DNA from: Gemmatimonadaceae bacterium | GTDB lineage: Bacteria; Gemmatimonadota; Gemmatimonadetes; Gemmatimonadales; Gemmatimonadaceae | Assembly (NCBI GenBank): GCA_051859245.1 | Contig: JBHYGA010000004.1 | Location: 224,001 to 288,000, forward strand | Reading direction: 5' to 3' | Length of the DNA stretch: 64,000 bases | Shown here: piece after piece, positions 58,117-64,000 of the stretch | Position numbering within the stretch: position 1 is the first letter of the stretch | How the letters are laid out: every line of letters starts with the position of its first letter | Position numbers and translations under genes: made by a program | The notes under the pieces: generated by a model | Told to the model about the DNA's origin: nothing | The model's input: the letters and a program-made list of their open reading frames with translations, nothing else | Databases searched by the model: none

Positions 58117-58173
58117 GGTTTCCATCCGGGTTGTGAAGTTTTGGCGTTCGAACACGCCTGGCCTGCACATGCG

Positions 58174-59514
58174 CTACGGAACAACGAATGCGGCTTGCGT
58201 GCTCGCGCGAACCGCGTCAAGTAAAACGCCCGGCATGAGTTCACGCAGGGTCAACTGACCCTGCATGAAGTCGAACACGGCCAGATCGGTGATCACCACA
58301 TCAACAACGCCGCGTGCCGTCATCGGCAGCGTGCACTCGGGCACGAGCTTCGACCTGCCGTCCCGATCGGTATGTGTCATCATAATGATCCGCTTTTTCG
58401 CGCCGGTCGCCAGATCCATGGCGCCACCTACGCCCAGCAGCGGTTTGCCGGGCACTGCCCAGTTGGCGAGGTTGGCGTGTTCGTCCACCTGCAGCCCGCC
58501 CATGATGGCAACGTCCACGTGCCCACCGCGAATCATGCCGAAGGATTCGGTGCTGTCGAAATAACTCGCACCAGGCAGCGCCGTCACCGGGATCTTGCCG
58601 GCGTTTACCGGATAGTCGAGCGCACCACCGTCCTTGGGTGACGGTCCCACACCGAGCATGCCGTTTTCGGTGTGCAAGGTGACGCCATGTTGTGGTGTGA
58701 TGTAGTCGGCCACGAGTGTGGGAATACCGATGCCAAGATTCACGACGTCACCACGATGCAGTTCGCGCAGTGCACGTTGAACCATGGCGTGGCGCTTTGC
58801 GTCGAGCGGGTGACCGCCTGTTGCCACGGTGGCCGAGCTCCCAAGTTCGTGCGGCTGCAGCGTCGCTTGCACCAGATAATCCACGTAGCATCCGGGTGTG
58901 TGAATTGAGTCCGGTGCGAGTGTACCAACCGGCACGATCTCTTCAACTTCGGCAATCACGAGATCGGCGGCCGTTGCCATGGCGCGATTGAAGTTCTGCT
59001 CCGTCATGCGATACACAAGATTGCCGCTCGTATCCGCGCGCCATGCGCGAATGAACGCCACGTTTGCACGCAATGCGGGTACGAACACGTGTGGTACGCC
59101 GTGAAAGTCGCGTGTGTCAGCGTGTGCCGTAACGTCGGTGTGGGCGCCGGTTGGTGTGTAGAATCCGGCAATGCCCGCGCCGCCCGCGCGGATGGCTTCG
59201 GCGAGTGAGCCTTGTGGCAGTAGTTGCACGGAGAGCGCGCCACTTTGCGCGGCGGCAACCGCTTCGGGATTGCTGGTAAAGAACGACCCGATGGCCTTGG
59301 TGAGTTGCCCGTTGCGCAGCAGGCGACCGCCACCGAGTCCGGCTTCGCCCACGTTGTTGCCGATGAAGGTGAGATTGCGCGTGCCCGTTTCGGCGAGCGC
59401 GTGCAGCAGATGCACGGGATTGCCGGTCATGCCAAACCCGCCGGCCATAAGTACATCGCCGTTCTTTACTAGATGCGCCGCTTGCGCAGGAGTGATTTGC
59501 GGGACGTGGCGCAT
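58174..59514 (-). CDS. 3-oxoacid CoA-transferase, fused alpha and beta subunits
   Basis: [25 protein letters not shown], catalytic [15 protein letters not shown] at 59514. Confidence 0.93.
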   Translation of the reverse strand: MRHVPQITPAQAAHLVKNGDVLMAGGFGMTGNPVHLLHALAETGTRNLTFIGNNVGEAGLGGGRLLRNGQLTKAIGSFFTSNPEAVAAAQSGALSVQLLPQGSLAEAIRAGGAGIAGFYTPTGAHTDVTAHADTRDFHGVPHVFVPALRANVAFIRAWRADTSGNLVYRMTEQNFNRAMATAADLVIAEVEEIVPVGTLAPDSIHTPGCYVDYLVQATLQPHELGSSATVATGGHPLDAKRHAMVQRALRELHRGDVVNLGIGIPTLVADYITPQHGVTLHTENGMLGVGPSPKDGGALDYPVNAGKIPVTALPGASYFDSTESFGMIRGGHVDVAIMGGLQVDEHANLANWAVPGKPLLGVGGAMDLATGAKKRIIMMTHTDRDGRSKLVPECTLPMTARGVVDVVITDLAVFDFMQGQLTLRELMPGVLLDAVRASTQAAFVVP

Positions 59515-59575
59515 TAGCAGTTCGACGCGATCGCTGTGACGGTTTCCATTGCCGTGATCATACCGTTTACGCTGC

Positions 59576-60214
59576 TCACGGCGCGATAATCGTGCGAAAG
59601 ATGTCCTGCACGTCGCGAATTTCGGTGTCCGACACCGTGTGCGGACGCGACGGTAGCACACGTTCGTGCACCATCGCGCCCATGCGTCGCATTACATCCG
59701 CGGTTTCGCGCGCGCGAGAGAGCGGAATCCATTCGTCGGTATCACCCGTGCCGGAGTACACGGGCGTGCCGTCAAACGAACCGCTGTTATTCCACGTGGT
59801 GCCTTCGGGTCCGATCACGCCACCGGTAAACAGCACCACACCCGCGTAGCGCGTGGCGTTACGAACTGCGTATTCCGCGGTCAGACACGCGCCCTGCGAG
59901 AAGCCGAGCAGAATGATGCGTTCGCGTGGAATGCCGTGTGAGATCGCGTGCTGCACCCAGCTGTCGTACGCCTCAAGCGCGTGGTCGAGCCACGGCTGAT
60001 TGCGTTCCGTAGGCACCATAAAGCGCTCGGGATACCACGCTTTGTTGTGCGCCGCCGGTGCGATGCACGCAACACTCGGCCAGTTAAGACGCGCGACGGT
60101 GGCTTCAAGGCTCTCCGGTGAGCCGTTGCGCCCGTGCACGGCAATCACCGCGTGAGAGGCGGTGGCGAGCGGTGCGCCAGAGTGGCGGACAGGGGTTTGC
60201 AGGTGGGGGTTCAT
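59576..60214 (-). CDS. Phospholipase/carboxylesterase family protein
   Basis: VHGRNG, WYP, GFSQGA, GDTD, PHTV. ATG at 60214. Confidence 0.9.
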   Translation of the reverse strand: MNPHLQTPVRHSGAPLATASHAVIAVHGRNGSPESLEATVARLNWPSVACIAPAAHNKAWYPERFMVPTERNQPWLDHALEAYDSWVQHAISHGIPRERIILLGFSQGACLTAEYAVRNATRYAGVVLFTGGVIGPEGTTWNNSGSFDGTPVYSGTGDTDEWIPLSRARETADVMRRMGAMVHERVLPSRPHTVSDTEIRDVQDIFRTIIAP

Positions 60215-60296
60215 GGCGAGCCTGAGTGCGAGTGGCGTCCGATAGACTGCTGACAATATCTACTGAAAATGTCTTGCTGCGGCATGCGCCCACCAT

Positions 60297-60382
60297 CGCT
60301 ATCGGCGTCAGGGCGTGGAGTATTGGATTGCCGATCTGGAAGGCGTCTCGTTGAACGCTGGCTGCCCGACGCAGATCGTCCT
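60297..60382 (+). pseudogene. Frameshifted remnant of a Uma2-family (PDDEXK) endonuclease gene
   Basis: RYRRQGVEYWIADLE, then a 1-nt frameshift into RLVERWLPDADRP; ends exactly at the hipA stop codon. Confidence 0.65.
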
Positions 60383-61693
60383 CTACATCACGAACAAGTC
60401 CGATCGATGCGCCGTCGCAATACGCACCGAATCCGCCTCGTCAACACCGGCCTCCGCCGCATACCCGCTCCACGCCGCGACCGCCGCCGACACCTCGGCC
60501 AACACGCGCATCGCTTTCGTCTTTTTTATTCCGGCCGCAGCAGCGAACGAGACGAGGTCCTCAGCTGTGAATCCATCCCGCTTCCCGCCCAGCGTCATCT
60601 GATGCACGCTCGTCCACGCACCCGACGGATTCCACGAGTACGACACATCAAACGCCGGCGACAATCGCCACACACCGGTACGATCCATGAGAAACGCAAT
60701 GTTCTTGACATGATCGTCCTGGTTACGCGCGAGAATATTGAAGTACGTGCGACGCACCTGTTGCTCGAAATCGGGCATTGGTAGTAGCAGTTTGCGCATT
60801 GTCTGCAACACCTGCTCGTACGCATACGCTCCAGCCAGACCAAAGTCATAGTGCGCAAGCGCACCAAACGACTGCATGTGCAGCGTGCCACCGTTCGGCG
60901 TGCGATCAAATCGGCGCGTCATGAAGTGCGAACGTCCGCCTTCTTCATGCAATCGACACGGCTCCATGTGAATGCCGGCCGCGAGCGCCATGCGATGATA
61001 CGCGTACTCAATCCGACCAAAACCCTGCGGGTCCGCAAGTTCTTTGTCACGGTTGCCAGACACGCCGTCGAACTTGAGCAACCAGTGACTGAATCCTTCC
61101 CCCGCAGGCGCCTGGCCCGAGCGAAACTCACCGGTCGTTTCATTCCACGCCAACACGGCCTTCGCTCGCGCGCCACCCGCCGACGTGCCAACTCTCAGTA
61201 TGTCTTCAATCGCGTGTTGATCGTTGTCGCCGGAAAGTTTTCCGTGCAACGCGATGCGATCATCAAGCGCTCGGTCGGCCATCGCAACAAGCTCCGCGAT
61301 ATCAACGCGACGTGAAGCGGTTGGCGATTCTCGAACACGCGGTTTGAATTCCAGCGCGCCCATGCCGCGCGAACCCGTGTAGCACAATCGCTCCACCGGC
61401 GTGAAGCTCGCCGGATCGCGCCCGCGTTGCGCCAACCACGCGTTGATAAGTGTATTGCCGAACGTATCTGGCAAACTGTCGGCCAGCAGTCCTGGCAAAC
61501 CCTTGAACGTCGCGCGCGAAAGCGACGGAAACGAATACGGCACGTCAGTGAGCGGCATCATGAGCGGCGCCACTTGAATCGACGAACGCGCAAACTCGGG
61601 GGTGTATTGAAACACGGCGACTTCGCGATCTGGCAGCCACGTGACCGCGCCAATGTCGCGCCCCCAGAGGATCACACGCGCCGAGTCCGTCAC
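60383..61693 (-). CDS. hipA: HipA family toxin (Ser/Thr kinase) with N-terminal HipA-coupled domain
   Basis: DSLPDTFG, RGMGALEF, TSAGGARAK, LLKFD, RRFDR, NQDDHVKN, LSPAFD. Confidence 0.95.
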   Translation of the reverse strand: MTDSARVILWGRDIGAVTWLPDREVAVFQYTPEFARSSIQVAPLMMPLTDVPYSFPSLSRATFKGLPGLLADSLPDTFGNTLINAWLAQRGRDPASFTPVERLCYTGSRGMGALEFKPRVRESPTASRRVDIAELVAMADRALDDRIALHGKLSGDNDQHAIEDILRVGTSAGGARAKAVLAWNETTGEFRSGQAPAGEGFSHWLLKFDGVSGNRDKELADPQGFGRIEYAYHRMALAAGIHMEPCRLHEEGGRSHFMTRRFDRTPNGGTLHMQSFGALAHYDFGLAGAYAYEQVLQTMRKLLLPMPDFEQQVRRTYFNILARNQDDHVKNIAFLMDRTGVWRLSPAFDVSYSWNPSGAWTSVHQMTLGGKRDGFTAEDLVSFAAAAGIKKTKAMRVLAEVSAAVAAWSGYAAEAGVDEADSVRIATAHRSDLFVM

Positions 61694-62049
61694 TCGGTGC
61701 CCTCGTCACCCCACGTCCACGCCGTGCGCGCCGACGAACGCTGGCCGCTGGCGCGCTGACGTTCAACGCCGTCATACCGCACGCGCTCCACAGGACGGAC
61801 AGACGGGTCCGGCAGCAGTGCGGCGAGGTGATCGGAGAGACCGAGCGCTTGCACGACACGCACGAACGAATCAAGTGAGATCGGCCGGCCATCGGCCAGT
61901 CGCGTGAGCGTGCTGCGCGAGACGCCGGCCCGCTCAGCCAGCTGCTCCTGACTGAGATTTTGGCTCAGCCGGATCTCGTTGAGCTGCCGGCCGAGCATAT
62001 CAATGATCGTTTGCGCCGACGCTAAACTAAAGTCCGGCTTGTGAGTCAT
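61690..62049 (-). CDS. hipB: XRE-family HTH antitoxin (HipB-like)
   Basis: LSQEQLAERAGVSRSTL; 4-nt overlap with hipA; C-terminal WTW tail. Confidence 0.88.
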   Translation of the reverse strand: MTHKPDFSLASAQTIIDMLGRQLNEIRLSQNLSQEQLAERAGVSRSTLTRLADGRPISLDSFVRVVQALGLSDHLAALLPDPSVRPVERVRYDGVERQRASGQRSSARTAWTWGDEGTE

Positions 62050-62187
62050 AAGTGACTCTTAGGTTGGCTTAAACGCTAACAAAGCATCAAAACTGACGCA
62101 TTACTGACAGAATGTCAATCGCAACATAAAGTGTCTTTTTTGACGCATTATCATGAAAATGCGACTTTTCTGCGTCATAAACGATGC
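62043..62187. promoter_or_regulatory. Four operator-like palindromes GNRTC-N6-GAYNC upstream of hipBA
   Basis: GAGTC-ataagt-GACTC 62043, GCATC-aaaact-GACGC 62084, GTGTC-tttttt-GACGC 62131, GCGTC-ataaac-GATGC 62172. Confidence 0.7.
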
Positions 62188-62658
62188 ACTGTTTTGATTT
62201 GGCGAACAGGCACCTAGTTGGGCCGCGTCCCCGCCGCCGCCAAGCCGCTCCGCCCGCCGTGCCACCGCCAGCGTGCCTGCCGCAGTCCCGGCGCCCAGCA
62301 CCAGCGACACCGGCACAAATGCGTCGAACACCACCCCGCCGATCACCCACGAGTGCAGCGCTCCCGCCACCACCGCACCGGCCAGCGCAACCAGCGGCAT
62401 CGATAGTTCACCAACTCCGCGAGCCCGTCTCCCGAGCAGCGCCACGGCCATCGCGAAGCCCGCGCCGAGCACCGCACCGTAGCCCAGTCCGTATTGCAAC
62501 GCGGGCAGCATGTGCTCCGCCAGCAATCGCGAGAACGTGATCGGCTCACCGAACAGCAGCACGCGACCAACACGCAGCACTACACCAACCGCGCCCCACG
62601 CCACCGCCCACGTTGCCGCCGTTCCCAAGACACCGCGCGAAAACTTCAGCCACTTCAT
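62101..62658 (-). CDS. Hypothetical membrane protein; C-terminal ~35 aa run through the AT-rich hipBA promoter region
   Basis: GGGAG RBS, about four Ala/Gly-rich hydrophobic helices, abrupt compositional change near 62210. Confidence 0.72.
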   Translation of the reverse strand: MKWLKFSRGVLGTAATWAVAWGAVGVVLRVGRVLLFGEPITFSRLLAEHMLPALQYGLGYGAVLGAGFAMAVALLGRRARGVGELSMPLVALAGAVVAGALHSWVIGGVVFDAFVPVSLVLGAGTAAGTLAVARRAERLGGGGDAAQLGACSPNQNSASFMTQKSRIFMIMRQKRHFMLRLTFCQ

Positions 62659-62679
62659 GCCCGCTCCCCGGTTGTCGAT

Positions 62680-63261
62680 TTAGCGCCACAGTGAGGCCAA
62701 CACGGTTTCACCGCGCGGCGACAAACGATAGCCCACATCAAGACTCTCGGTGAGTCCAAGCCGCTTCAACTTGCGCACGTTGATCTTGAACGGCTCTTTC
62801 TCCATCCCAAGCATCTCGCACAAATCACCCGCGCGCACTGCAGGATTCATTTCAATCACCTCGAGCGTCTGCAACGTCCATGCGCCCTCGCTAGCGCTGC
62901 TGTCCAGTTTGCGCAGTCGTGCGCGCAGACTCTCAAGTTCAGCGTCGGATTCTACCGGCTTCTTGCGCAAGGCAATGCGCGGATCGGCAACCAGCGCGCC
63001 CAATTCAACACGGTAGACATCACCATCCGCCCGCTGTTGCAACTCGTTCAACAGCGCGTCGCGCGTTGCAAACCCAGCAAGTTCCGCATCGCGTGCGCTG
63101 ATATCACGCAGCGCGACAATATCTACGCGCACAATCGACAGTTGTCCCACCGCCGTGAGCAGCGTGCCGCCCGACTTCACGGTTGGACGTTTCCACCGTC
63201 TGAACGCCAGCGTGATGTCGCCGGCGCGAATGCCTTCGAGTGTGTCTTTCCGAAAGAGCAT
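62680..63261 (-). CDS. ASCH/PUA-like domain protein with C-terminal HTH-like region
   Basis: GIRAGDITLAFRRW, DAELAGF, FKINVRKLK..GLTESL.VGYRLSPRG; GGAGG RBS before ATG 63261. Confidence 0.78.
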   Translation of the reverse strand: MLFRKDTLEGIRAGDITLAFRRWKRPTVKSGGTLLTAVGQLSIVRVDIVALRDISARDAELAGFATRDALLNELQQRADGDVYRVELGALVADPRIALRKKPVESDAELESLRARLRKLDSSASEGAWTLQTLEVIEMNPAVRAGDLCEMLGMEKEPFKINVRKLKRLGLTESLDVGYRLSPRGETVLASLWR

Positions 63262-63366
63262 GCGACCTCCCGAAAGAAGAGGTAACCTTCTGTCGACGAA
63301 AGAAACCGTTCGCACCGCAGCCCGTACAGTCCAGACAGACGATCCGCCAACACCCGAGCCCCGCCC

Positions 63367-64000
63367 ATGTCGAATCGAACCACCACGCGCACCCACACGC
63401 AGTTTCGCAACGCGCTATTCGCGTTCGCCGCTCTGCTGGCCGCCGCGTCACCGGTCGAGCTCGCCGCGCAAACCCCCGCGCCCGCGTTCGCCTCGCGCCT
63501 GGACTCGCTCATCAGCGCCGAGATGGCGCGCACCAAAACCCCCGGTGTACAGGTGGCCGTCGTCGTAGATGGAAAACTCGCGTACGCGAAAGGCTACGGT
63601 GTGGCCGACATTGAAACCGGCCGCCCCGTCACCACAAACACGCTCTTCCGCGTTGGCTCGGTCACCAAAATGGTCACCGCCGCCACGCTCACGCAGCTCG
63701 AGGCCGATGGCAAAGTGAACCTGCAGGCCCCGATCAGCACCTATGTGCCTGAGCTCGCCGGCAAGCAGGTCGCGAACGTGACCACGCATCAGTTGCTTAC
63801 GCACAGCGCCGGCTGGCTCGACAACGCGGTCGCCTACGGCCGCATGGGCGAATCCGCACTCGGCGAAGTCTTCCGTGAAGTTTCTGACACGCTGTTCTTC
63901 ACGGCCCCTGGTCGCGTGATCTCGTATTCAAATCCCGGTTACTCCATGGCCGGTTACGTGGCCGAACGCGCAGGCGGCGCACGCTTTGCCACGCTCACCG
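63367..64000 (+). CDS. Serine hydrolase, beta-lactamase family (truncated by the window end)
   Basis: Translated by hand: signal peptide, FRVGSVTK (SxxK), LLTHSAG, YSN; frame stays open to the window edge. Confidence 0.9.
   Translation, partial: MSNRTTTRTHTQFRNALFAFAALLAAASPVELAAQTPAPAFASRLDSLISAEMARTKTPGVQVAVVVDGKLAYAKGYGVADIETGRPVTTNTLFRVGSVTKMVTAATLTQLEADGKVNLQAPISTYVPELAGKQVANVTTHQLLTHSAGWLDNAVAYGRMGESALGEVFREVSDTLFFTAPGRVISYSNPGYSMAGYVAERAGGARFATLT

Noticed and set aside
60243..60262. Possible GntR-type operator TAGACTGCTGACAATATCTA upstream of the esterase
   Set aside because: Dyad symmetry is poor and no cognate regulator is in the window.
62043..62187. Regularly spaced repeats considered as a mini CRISPR array
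   Set aside because: The units are 16-bp degenerate dyads rather than identical 23-47 bp repeats, no cas genes are present, and operators explain them better.
63367..64000. Beta-lactamase resistance call
   Set aside because: SxxK and YxN motifs are shared by many esterases and peptidases, and the gene is truncated, so activity cannot be assigned.
1..64000. tRNA, rRNA, known riboswitches, IS elements, prophage
   Set aside because: No cloverleaf, rRNA-like tract, recognisable aptamer consensus, transposase, integrase or phage structural gene seen by eye; tRNAscan and Infernal were not run.

Overview
This is a GC-rich bacterial chromosome segment with about 56 CDSs. The Hanks kinase-TPR expansion, many secreted hydrolases and ECF sigma factors suggest a Gemmatimonas-like host (inference only). 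I found no rRNA, tRNA, CRISPR array, transposase or phage structural gene. Recognisable content includes pgm, a cold-shock gene, an ECF42-DGPF-VOC operon, three Ser/Thr kinases (one paired with an ECF43-type sigma), an acyl-ACP desaturase, a TipA-like MerR regulator, an unusual kdp locus, an Ig/beta-helix surface protein, a fused 3-oxoacid CoA-transferase and a hipBA toxin-antitoxin pair. The best candidate for an undescribed system is the minus-strand operon at 51534-57419. There, two paralogous lipase-type hydrolases with Arg-rich N-terminal extensions flank a protein that fuses a CHAT (caspase-like) fold lacking its His/Cys dyad to a transglutaminase-like Cys-His domain resembling the N-terminus of DUF4011 helicases. 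Other signals read directly from the DNA: a tipA-type promoter plus an internal start in the MerR gene, four hipBA operator-like palindromes, a frameshifted Uma2 remnant abutting hipA, a 42-aa ORF in the kdpF position, two copies of a putative KdpE box, an ECF42-type promoter, and an 81-nt hairpin masking an RBS. All family assignments come from motif recognition by eye; no searches were run.
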